Assembly: GCA_009837395.1 (NCBI GenBank)
Contig: VXTP01000015.1
Coordinates: 297,986-361,985 of the forward strand
Length of the DNA stretch: 64,000 nt
Direction: 5' to 3'
From: Gemmatimonadota bacterium
GTDB taxonomy: Bacteria; JAAXHH01
Below the pieces are notes generated by a model. That model searched no databases. It saw only the letters and a list, made by a program, of their open reading frames with translations, and had not been told where the DNA came from. A program made the position numbers and the translations under genes. Within the stretch, counting starts at the first letter, position 1. Each line of letters opens with the position of its first letter. Shown piece by piece: positions 53,852 to 63,283 of this stretch.

Positions 53852-54679
53852 CTAAACATTTCTGATCAAGTACAGGGCACCTGAATTCGCGACCTCGCTC
53901 AGAACAGGTAAGTTTTTGATTCTGGAAATCCTTGTGCGCCAGCCATATCTGATCTCATGCGTGGGACGAACCAGGTAGTATTGTTCAAACTCAATGCTAA
54001 ATCCCAGACGGACCAGCATCTTTTTGAAATTCCGTATCGTCATTCTGCTGTCTTTGATCTCCTTCAATAGATCATATGCATTAGCATCCTCAGCCAGAAG
54101 CCTGAGAATCGGTTTCAGGCTCCACAACGGCACACAGCCCAGGAATGGAACGAAACGCAGTTTGGTCTTAAGCAGAGACTGCTGATGAAGTCCAAACGGC
54201 GAATAGAAAGGTGGGAATGTCACCAGCATCATGGTGCCGGGATGGCAAAACTGTTTCAATGCGCTTAGAAACTGTTCCTTCTCGACTAGTGGTACATGTT
54301 CGATGACATCGTGCAATACGATGAGATCATAGTTCGTACCCACTTTTCGAGAAGCATTTGCAGATGTGATATCCTCAAAAACGTACTTCAGATTGGGCCT
54401 GTTGTTTATGCTTGGTCTTCTAATTTTGGTGTCTATTTCTACCCCAACACATTCAGCCGCTCCTCTATCGGCCATTGCCGCCGGGCATCCACCCAGCCCG
54501 CATCCGATATCAAGTATCCGCTTTTCCTCAATGCGAAAACCGTGTGCGTTCAGCAAAGGTATGTAGTAACCGGCGGCCAATCTATACTGGTAGGTCCAAT
54601 AATACTCTTCCTGTGTGTCAAAATCCGATCGCTTGAGTGGATGCTCATCTTCAAGGTGAATCGTCATCTCGTCTCCCAT
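53852..54679 (-). CDS. class I SAM-dependent methyltransferase
   Basis: Motif I is ILDIGCGLGG, followed by GVEID and YDLIVLHDVIEHV. The start is either the ATG at 54679 or the ATG at 54667, and the latter has GGAG 7 nt upstream. The gene is AT-rich. Confidence 0.8.
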   Translation of the reverse strand: MGDEMTIHLEDEHPLKRSDFDTQEEYYWTYQYRLAAGYYIPLLNAHGFRIEEKRILDIGCGLGGCPAAMADRGAAECVGVEIDTKIRRPSINNRPNLKYVFEDITSANASRKVGTNYDLIVLHDVIEHVPLVEKEQFLSALKQFCHPGTMMLVTFPPFYSPFGLHQQSLLKTKLRFVPFLGCVPLWSLKPILRLLAEDANAYDLLKEIKDSRMTIRNFKKMLVRLGFSIEFEQYYLVRPTHEIRYGWRTRISRIKNLPVLSEVANSGALYLIRNV

Positions 54680-54769
54680 GAGGAGGTCCTTGTTTCTGCA
54701 ATTCTGTATCGCAAAATGGGACGAAAACAATCATTGCCAGGAACAATCTCTGTTTACCAATATCTGCCT

Positions 54770-54785
54770 ATCAATTTAAATTGAT
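54770..54785. promoter_or_regulatory. perfect 16-bp palindrome ATCAATTTAAATTGAT in a divergent intergenic region
   Basis: The sequence is self-complementary. It lies between the minus-strand methyltransferase gene and the plus-strand YfhO gene. Confidence 0.3.
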
Positions 54786-54858
54786 CCTGACACCTATGTC
54801 ATTCAATTTGACTTTTTTGTATTCAGGCTGATACCAACGCGGGCTTACACCAAACCAC

Positions 54859-57312
54859 ATGGCAAAAAACCTACGTTCACGAACGCGGTCCCGGCGGCCT
54901 GATACACCTTCAGGTGCGGGGCAACTGAGGAAGGACGGAGTCAAAGTACTTCATCCGGCGATTCGCGATGCGCTGATCTGTTTCATCTTCGTGGTGCTGG
55001 GTGTTTTTGTCTACCGCGCCTACATCTTTGAAGGAAAAACGGATATCACCCCGGATATCATCGGGGTAGGCGCCCCTTTCGACCGGTTCGTCCAGGAATA
55101 CCACGATCAATACGACGAGTCGCCGCTGTGGTACCCTCACATTTTCGGCGGTATGCCCTTCCAGGCCAGCGGTTCATACCACCACCTGCAGTATAGCTTC
55201 GAGGCCCTGGTCAATGCCATCTTACCGAAGGGGCTTGTCGACGCGCTGCACGGGCGTTACCTCTTTCACCTGCTCCTCGGCGCGGTTTCCATGTTTTTCC
55301 TGGGACGAGTGCTGTCTCTTTCGCGAAGCGCATGCCTGGTCGCTGCCTCCGCTTTTGTTTTTTCTTCGCACATGATGGGCACAGAGCATGAAAACAGGTT
55401 CATATGCTTCATGCATATTCCGCTAGTCTTCCTTGCCACGTACCGTGTATTCGACCGGGGCAGGCTATTTGACGCTGTGTTGCTCGGCGGGGCCCTCGGA
55501 TCGCAGCTTTGCTCTTTTCATCCGCAGATCGCATTTTATACGGCCATGCTGATAGGTCTTTACGCGGTGTATACATTGGTACACGACTTTCGAGATCGAA
55601 AACCCGTCAGCATGCTTCTGAGGAATTCCGCGCTGTTCACGGGAGGTGTCGCCTTAGCCGTCGCCATCGCGGCTGTACTGGTCTTCCCCTTACAGGAATA
55701 CGCTCAATATTCCGTCCGCGGCCTTTCCGTGGGGGGCAGCGATGTGAACGTACCCTTCGCCACAAGCTGGTCGTTTCCGCCACTGGAAGTACTGACTTTC
55801 ATCATTCCCTCCTTTGCGGGATTCGGCGGACCACTCTACTGGGGCGACATGCCCTTTACCGATTTCCCGAACTACCTGGGCATCGTAGTCCTCGTCATGG
55901 CGGTGGCGGGAATCGTCCTGAACAGATCGCGTATGACGATGTTCCTGGTAATCGCCGCGGTCCTGGCGTTGCTGGTCTCCTTTGGACGGCACCTTCCGCC
56001 CGTGTCTTACGTCATGCTTAACATCGTCCCCTTCTTCGGGAAATTCAGAGCACCGGTCATGATCCTGGTACTTCTGCAGTTCGCAGTCGCCCTGCTCGCG
56101 GGTTACGGTGTGCATGCCCTGGTCGAGCGAATAAAGGCCGGTAAAGACAACCTTCGCCTCTTCGCGGGCAGACTGATTACTGTCGTAGGCGGCGTGCTTC
56201 TGCTTGTTCTGCTGCTGACTATGTTCGAATCCTCCTTTCAGTCCTTCATGACAGGCATCTATGAAAGTGCAGACGCAGCGCACGGATCGCGGGGAGCACT
56301 GGTGAGCAACCCCGATTACCAGTCTCGGATCAACGACACACGTTTCGACTTGCTGATGCAAGATCTGTGGATCATGACACTGTTTTTTTGCGCAGCGGGC
56401 GGACTGATATTTGTGACGCGCAGGAATCCTACCCTGTTCGTGACCGGCATCAGTGTCCTGCTCGTGGTCGATCTGCTGCTGGTAGCCGACAAACTCATCG
56501 ATCCGCAGGACGATCCAATGCGGATCGAAGCCTACTATTCCGCCCGGCAGACCGAAATCGTAAACGCCATGCAGGACGATACCGGTTTGTACCGGATACT
56601 ACCCGTCAATGAGTTCAATTCGAACGAATACGGGTACTTCGGTATTTCGACCATTGGAGGCTATCATCCTGCGAAAATGGGTATTTACCAGGAACTCATG
56701 GACCAGGTCGGGTTCAATTCCTTTCCGGTGCTGGACATGCTGAACACCCGGTACCTGGTGTCCCGGCAACCCCTTCAGGGGACGGAACTTACCTCTGTGG
56801 TCGAGTCCGAAGGCGGTTACCTCTACAGGAACGAGACCGCCCTGCCGAGGGCCTTCCTGGTGGACAGCGTGCGCGTGGTCTCCGAGACGGACGCCATCTT
56901 CGAAGCGATGAGAGATCCCGGGTTCCGTCCGGGCGAATACGCGATTCTGGAGAAACCCGTCGGAAAACGGTTCGGTCCACTGGGAGACTCGTCTGTGGAA
57001 ATCACGCTCCACACGCCGCACCGAATCGAGATGGCCGTGGATGCTGCCGCACCTTGTCTGCTGGTGCTGAGTGAGATATACTACCCAGCCGGGTGGCAGG
57101 CCACGATGGACGGCCAACCCGCCGAGATACTTAAGACCAACTACGTGCTTCGCTCCGTGGCCGTCCCGGAGGGGCGGCATGATGTGGTCATGACGTTCGA
57201 ACCACTGAGCTTCACGGCGGGCCACCTGGTGAGCCGGATCGCCAGCACGCTGGTGCTGGCCGGTTTGATCGCCGCGGGTGCAATGCGCATCAGAAAAACC
57301 CTGAAACCATGA
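54859..57312 (+). CDS. YfhO-family polytopic membrane protein (GT-C-like glycosyltransferase candidate)
   Basis: 817 aa with many TM helices. Has the N-terminal SPLWYPHIFGGMPFQAS and the C-terminal LDMLNTRYLVS motifs typical of the YfhO family (PF09586). It ends with a final TM helix. Confidence 0.75.
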   Translation: MAKNLRSRTRSRRPDTPSGAGQLRKDGVKVLHPAIRDALICFIFVVLGVFVYRAYIFEGKTDITPDIIGVGAPFDRFVQEYHDQYDESPLWYPHIFGGMPFQASGSYHHLQYSFEALVNAILPKGLVDALHGRYLFHLLLGAVSMFFLGRVLSLSRSACLVAASAFVFSSHMMGTEHENRFICFMHIPLVFLATYRVFDRGRLFDAVLLGGALGSQLCSFHPQIAFYTAMLIGLYAVYTLVHDFRDRKPVSMLLRNSALFTGGVALAVAIAAVLVFPLQEYAQYSVRGLSVGGSDVNVPFATSWSFPPLEVLTFIIPSFAGFGGPLYWGDMPFTDFPNYLGIVVLVMAVAGIVLNRSRMTMFLVIAAVLALLVSFGRHLPPVSYVMLNIVPFFGKFRAPVMILVLLQFAVALLAGYGVHALVERIKAGKDNLRLFAGRLITVVGGVLLLVLLLTMFESSFQSFMTGIYESADAAHGSRGALVSNPDYQSRINDTRFDLLMQDLWIMTLFFCAAGGLIFVTRRNPTLFVTGISVLLVVDLLLVADKLIDPQDDPMRIEAYYSARQTEIVNAMQDDTGLYRILPVNEFNSNEYGYFGISTIGGYHPAKMGIYQELMDQVGFNSFPVLDMLNTRYLVSRQPLQGTELTSVVESEGGYLYRNETALPRAFLVDSVRVVSETDAIFEAMRDPGFRPGEYAILEKPVGKRFGPLGDSSVEITLHTPHRIEMAVDAAAPCLLVLSEIYYPAGWQATMDGQPAEILKTNYVLRSVAVPEGRHDVVMTFEPLSFTAGHLVSRIASTLVLAGLIAAGAMRIRKTLKP

Positions 57313-58022
57313 AATCCCTGATCATCGTCCCCACCTACAACGAATTCGAGAACATACAGCGGCTTTTGCCGGAATTGATGGCGCTGGACCCGGATATCAG
57401 GGTGCTCGTGGTGGACGACAACTCGCCGGACGGGACGGGGAGGCTGGCCGATAAACTGGCCGCGGAGAACGAACGGATCAGCGTCCTGCATCGGCCCAAA
57501 AAGCTTGGGTTGGGCTCGGCCTACGTGGCGGGATTCAAGTACGCCATCCAACAGGACGTGGACTGCGTATTTGAAATGGATGCGGACTTTTCCCACGACC
57601 CCGCCATGATTCCTAAGTTCATCGAAGAGATCGCGTCCTACGACGTGGTGATCGGATCCCGGTACATTAGCGGTATCAACGTGGTGAACTGGCCCATGTC
57701 CCGGCTGTTGCTCAGCTATTTCGCCAACATCTATACCCGCGTGGTCACGGGCATGACGATCCGGGACACCACGTCGGGTTTCAAGTGCTTCCGGCGCGAA
57801 GTGCTCGAGCACATCGACCTGGACCGTGTCCGGTCCGACGGGTACGCCTTCCAGATCGAGATAAACTTCCGGTGCTGGCGAAAGGGATACCGCGTGCGTG
57901 AAATCCCCATCATCTTCGTAGACCGGCGTTCGGGTACCTCGAAGCTTTCCCGGGGCGTGATAAACGAAGCGGTCTGGATCGTCTGGTGGCTGCGCCTGCA
58001 GCGCGTACTGCGCCGAATCTAG
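57309..58022 (+). CDS. polyprenol-phosphate hexose synthase (GT2; dolichyl/polyprenol-phosphate mannose synthase-like)
   Basis: 237 aa. Has IIVPTYNE..N, VVDDNSPDGT, EMDADFSHDP, GSRY and TSGFKCFRR, a typical Ppm1/DPM1-like pattern. Its start overlaps the YfhO stop as ATGA. Confidence 0.9.
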   Translation: MKSLIIVPTYNEFENIQRLLPELMALDPDIRVLVVDDNSPDGTGRLADKLAAENERISVLHRPKKLGLGSAYVAGFKYAIQQDVDCVFEMDADFSHDPAMIPKFIEEIASYDVVIGSRYISGINVVNWPMSRLLLSYFANIYTRVVTGMTIRDTTSGFKCFRREVLEHIDLDRVRSDGYAFQIEINFRCWRKGYRVREIPIIFVDRRSGTSKLSRGVINEAVWIVWWLRLQRVLRRI

Positions 58023-58053
58023 TCGCGCTTCATCGTACGGATGGAGGATGCAT

Positions 58054-58851
58054 ATGCTGACCGAACAGCAAGACCTGCACTTCAGGACCTTCGGGTTTGT
58101 CGTCCTGCGGCAGGTCTTCACCCCGGATGAATTGGACATCATCAACAGAGAGTTCGACCACGGTCTGGAAGCCGCCTATCGCCACCTGCCCTTCGACGGT
58201 ACGGTCCGCCACTGGGTCACGATGATGGGGAATTCCACGCCCTTTTTCGCGAGCCTGCTGGAGGATGAGCGGCTTTGCAGTATCGCCGAGCAGCTCTACG
58301 GCGAGGATGCGCTGGGCATCGCCACCGACGCGAACCGGTACGTGGGCAACACGGGATGGCATCCGGATACCCACAGCATACACCAGTACGGCATCAAGTT
58401 CGCCTTCTACCTGCAACCTGTCGGTCCGGAAACCGGGGCGTTGCGCGTCATACCGGGTTCGCACCGCAACCCCTACCACAGCGAGTTGAGACGGTTCATG
58501 TCCGAATTCGACTGCCACAAGGAAGTGCCCTGTTACGTCTGCGACTCGGAACCGGGCGACGTGGTGGGATTCGACCTTCGCCTGTGGCACGCCAGCTACG
58601 GGGGCTCAAGCGACCGGCGCATGTGTACCTGCGTGTACTACAACAACCCGAGAACACCGGAAGAAATCGAAACCACCAGGGATCAGGGGGCGAACAACAG
58701 CAAGGCCACCGCCAAGTATAACCGTCCGAACGACCCCCCAGTCGACCCGTTCTGGCTCACGGATCCGGATCTCAGTCCGAAGCGGAGGCGCTGGCTGGAC
58801 CGCCTTCTCGAGCTAGGTTATTATCAGGACATGGTCAACGACGACTCATGA
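58054..58851 (+). CDS. phytanoyl-CoA dioxygenase (PhyH)-family oxygenase
   Basis: Has FGFVVLRQVFTPDEL at the N-terminus, a GWHPD facial-triad candidate and LRVIPGSHR. The ATG at 58054 sits 6 nt after GGAGG, and the ATG at 58048 is the alternative. Confidence 0.75.
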   Translation: MLTEQQDLHFRTFGFVVLRQVFTPDELDIINREFDHGLEAAYRHLPFDGTVRHWVTMMGNSTPFFASLLEDERLCSIAEQLYGEDALGIATDANRYVGNTGWHPDTHSIHQYGIKFAFYLQPVGPETGALRVIPGSHRNPYHSELRRFMSEFDCHKEVPCYVCDSEPGDVVGFDLRLWHASYGGSSDRRMCTCVYYNNPRTPEEIETTRDQGANNSKATAKYNRPNDPPVDPFWLTDPDLSPKRRRWLDRLLELGYYQDMVNDDS

Positions 58852-59627
58852 TGAACAGCCGCCTCAGGAATCTGCTGGACAACGGGAAACCCGCCTTCGG
58901 CATACAGCTCCGGTTCGGTTCGCCCGCCATCGCGGAACTGGCCGGTATGGCCGGTTTCGACTGGATCCTGATCGACACGGAGCACGCGCCGCAGACGCCG
59001 GTGACCGTCCAGGCCCAGATTCAGGCGGCGGGCTGCACACCGGCCACGCCGATCGTCCGGATCACCCGCACCGACCCTGACCTCATCAAGCTGTACCTCG
59101 ACATGGGTGCCATGGGCATCGTCGTCCCCTTCGTAAACACGCCGGAGGAGGCAAAGCTGGGGGCCGATGCCTGCCGCTATCCGCCGCGCGGCACGAGGGG
59201 ATGGGGTCCTCACCGTGCAGCGGGCTACGGACTGTTCGAAAAGGAATATACCGCTGAGATTGACGACATGGTGATATACGTGCCGATCATCGAGTCGGCT
59301 GAATCAGTCGGAAACATCGACGAAATCATGGCCGTGGAGGGCGTGGACGGCTGTATTGTGGGGCCCGTGGATCTGTGTATTTCCCTGGGAATTCCCTTCC
59401 AGTTCGACCATTCGAAATACTTAGGCGCGCTACGCAGAGTGCGGGAAGCCGGCCAGCGAACAGGTAAGCCCGTGGGCCATCCCCTGCTCGGTTCCATGGA
59501 TGACGAGGAAAACGTCCGTCGCCAGGTGGAAGAGGGCGTGCGCCTGCTGCTCGTGGGAGGCGACGAACCGGTGTTGAAGGACGGGTTCCAGCGGGCGGTT
59601 GAAGCATTGGCGTTTCTGCGGAGCTAG
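58848..59627 (+). CDS. HpcH/HpaI-family (class II, pyruvate-specific) aldolase
   Basis: 259 aa. Has FDWILIDTEHAP, IVRI and VPFVNTPEEA...RYPPRGTRG, which match 2-keto-3-deoxy-acid aldolases of the HpcH family. Its start overlaps the upstream stop as ATGA. Confidence 0.9.
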   Translation: MMNSRLRNLLDNGKPAFGIQLRFGSPAIAELAGMAGFDWILIDTEHAPQTPVTVQAQIQAAGCTPATPIVRITRTDPDLIKLYLDMGAMGIVVPFVNTPEEAKLGADACRYPPRGTRGWGPHRAAGYGLFEKEYTAEIDDMVIYVPIIESAESVGNIDEIMAVEGVDGCIVGPVDLCISLGIPFQFDHSKYLGALRRVREAGQRTGKPVGHPLLGSMDDEENVRRQVEEGVRLLLVGGDEPVLKDGFQRAVEALAFLRS

Positions 59628-60631
59628 GCCGTTGCCGCCGGTTTCCGCGCGATCACTGCCTGGGTCACGGTGGACAGTCCCAGCCAGATGGTCATCAGAT
59701 CGATCATGCAGCTTACACACTTGATCAGGAAGTTATCGTAGCTGATTATGCTGTAAATGAATCCGGTCGAGCGAGGCGCATGGGGTTCCATGCCCAGTTT
59801 GATGCGAAGGCTTACGGACCATTGGCTCGCTTCGACGATGGCGCCGTGGAACGCGATCTCCAGGTCGCCTCCAAGGATACAGGCTGCGAGGGCCTTTCGA
59901 GAGAACAAGTGAAAGTGCCGCGGAGTGCTCAGGGGCTGCCACTGGTTCTTGAAGATGTAACGGGACAGCGCATTCAGATCGGGCGTTTCCAGATACAAAA
60001 CACCTCCCGGCGCCAGATGATCCGAGATCCATCGGACCATCCGGCCGGGATCGGGCACGTGTTCGATGGCATGCTGGCAGATGATGGCATCGAACCGATC
60101 CTCGCTCTGTACTTCCTCGATCGGTCCTTCGATAAGCGTCACGCCGCGGTCGGAAAGATAAGACCGGGCTTCCGGTTCAAACTTGAGGTCATTGGCGAAG
60201 AGTTGGAGTGGAAAAGGCGCAAGTTTCGCCAGGTAGGTCAGGTTCCCGCCGAATCCCGCACCGATGTCCAGCACCTTGGATCCGGGCTGTAGATTCGCGA
60301 TCACTTTTCGGTTCCATCCCCGGTCGAGTACGTTGAGCTTCAGCCACCTGAACGGAGCGAAGGCGGGGTACTCGGTTTCCGTGACGCGAACCGTGTAGTT
60401 CCTGGGATAGATACGATCGATGTCCTCTATCCGGACCCTCGGCGACAGATACACGTGCCCGCAGTCCGTGCACGCGACGAACCGGAACCAGTTGTCGCAG
60501 GTTCGGTACTCGTAGTCGTATCCCTCGAAGACCGGACGCGGTTTCGTTTCCGCGCTTCCACACATCGCGCATGCGACCGGGACGAGGTCCAGTTCGACAC
60601 CACTGCCGATCGGATTCTCCAGTTCGTTCAT
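59624..60631 (-). CDS. class I SAM-dependent methyltransferase with an N-terminal Cys4 zinc-ribbon
   Basis: Has CAMCGS...CTDCGH, then motif I VLDIGAGFGG and FDAIICQHAIEHV. The ATG at 60631 is preferred to the TTG at 60637. Confidence 0.8.
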   Translation of the reverse strand: MNELENPIGSGVELDLVPVACAMCGSAETKPRPVFEGYDYEYRTCDNWFRFVACTDCGHVYLSPRVRIEDIDRIYPRNYTVRVTETEYPAFAPFRWLKLNVLDRGWNRKVIANLQPGSKVLDIGAGFGGNLTYLAKLAPFPLQLFANDLKFEPEARSYLSDRGVTLIEGPIEEVQSEDRFDAIICQHAIEHVPDPGRMVRWISDHLAPGGVLYLETPDLNALSRYIFKNQWQPLSTPRHFHLFSRKALAACILGGDLEIAFHGAIVEASQWSVSLRIKLGMEPHAPRSTGFIYSIISYDNFLIKCVSCMIDLMTIWLGLSTVTQAVIARKPAATA

Positions 60632-60648
60632 TCGCAAGCTTCACGGTC

Positions 60649-61266
60649 CTAGTCAGGTATCTCCACGACGACTTCGATACTCGAGGTTACGGATTCCGAT
60701 TCGGCGGTAATACGCGCGGTGCCGTTCGACACCGCCGTCACGAGTCCGGTCGAGCTGACCGTGGCGACGGTCGGATTACTGCTCGACCAGGTAACGGGCG
60801 CGACGGGGATAGGCGCGTTCCCGCTGTCGTACACCTCGGCCTCGAGCTGGACGTTCTCACCCAATTGAGCCAGCGTGACGGAAGTCGGGGCGATGGCTAC
60901 GCTGACCGCCACCTGCGTGACCTGTACATTCGCAACAGCGGATACGCCGCCCGATGTAGCTTCGATCTGGACGATGCCACCCGACACCACCGTCACGAGA
61001 CCGCTGCTGCTAACCGAGGCGACGGCCGGATTACTGCTCGACCAGGCAACGGTCGAGCCTGTCAGGACGTTGTTGTCCTGATCCAGTACCGTTGCGTTGA
61101 TCTGCAACGTCTGCCCTATGGCGGTGATAATCACGGAATCTGAAGAGAGGACGATGCTTGAAGAAACCCGGGCCGGCTCCGTGGGACTGTCCTTCCCGCA
61201 TGCCGCCAGGGTTGCCACGATCAGAATGACGACATAGCGTGTAAACAGCAATCCATAGCGTTTCAT
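60649..61266 (-). CDS. lipoprotein with two bacterial Ig-like (Big_2) domains
   Basis: 205 aa with the lipobox LAAC. Two about 85-aa repeats each contain W.SSNP.VA.VSS.GLVT.V..G...I.A, the Big_2 signature. Confidence 0.8.
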   Translation of the reverse strand: MKRYGLLFTRYVVILIVATLAACGKDSPTEPARVSSSIVLSSDSVIITAIGQTLQINATVLDQDNNVLTGSTVAWSSSNPAVASVSSSGLVTVVSGGIVQIEATSGGVSAVANVQVTQVAVSVAIAPTSVTLAQLGENVQLEAEVYDSGNAPIPVAPVTWSSSNPTVATVSSTGLVTAVSNGTARITAESESVTSSIEVVVEIPD

Positions 61267-61435
61267 GGTCCGCTTCCTTTTAATGACTGTATTAGAGTAT
61301 TCCTGGAAGAAGTCGTAGAATCGAATCGTCCAGGAAAACTCGTCTGATAGGGGAGACTATGGTCTATACAACGATATTAACGGCTATAAGTTCCGCTTCA
61401 CCAGCCAGGAATAAACGTCGATAGCAAAGGAAGGT

Positions 61436-61837
61436 TTACTGCTGGGTCGCCTTGATGCGGTTGAGCGCACGGTCCAGCGAAGCCCTCGCCCGGTCGACAT
61501 CGACGTCTTCTTCGCCCGATCCCAGGCGCTGGCGCGCCCGTTCCTCGGCCTGCTTCGCCCTATCTATGTCGATGGCGGTGACCTCTTCGATGGTCTCGGC
61601 CAGGACCGTCACCTGGGCCCTGAGCACTTCGACGAAACCACCGGACACGGTATACTCCGTACGGCCCTCGTCGTTCCGGATGGTCAGGAGACCCGGCCGC
61701 AGCGAGGTGAGCATGGGCACGTGGCCGATCAGCACCTCGAAATAGCCGTCCGTGCCGGGTGCGAGCACGCTGCGCGCCTCGCCCTCGAAGGCCATGCTCG
61801 AAGGCGTTACGATAACCAGGGGGAATTCGCCTGCCAT
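61436..61837 (-). CDS. atpC: F0F1 ATP synthase subunit epsilon
   Basis: 133 aa. Has the typical N-terminal beta-sandwich (VVTP...F.GE...V..PG..G.F.VL..H.P) and a C-terminal helical hairpin. It lies directly downstream of atpD. Confidence 0.95.
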   Translation of the reverse strand: MAGEFPLVIVTPSSMAFEGEARSVLAPGTDGYFEVLIGHVPMLTSLRPGLLTIRNDEGRTEYTVSGGFVEVLRAQVTVLAETIEEVTAIDIDRAKQAEERARQRLGSGEEDVDVDRARASLDRALNRIKATQQ

Positions 61838-61840
61838 GAT

Positions 61841-63283
<1,443 letters not shown>

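Noticed and set aside
52650-57300. A mobile genetic element bounding the AT-rich island.
   Set aside because: I found no integrase, transposase or recombinase ORF, no tRNA target and no flanking direct repeats. I report only the compositional anomaly.
61300-61336. Inverted repeat TTCCTGGA-N21-TCCAGGAA as the atpC intrinsic terminator.
   Set aside because: It has a 21-nt loop, only an 8-bp AT-containing stem, and no U-tract on the minus-strand transcript. It is not convincing.
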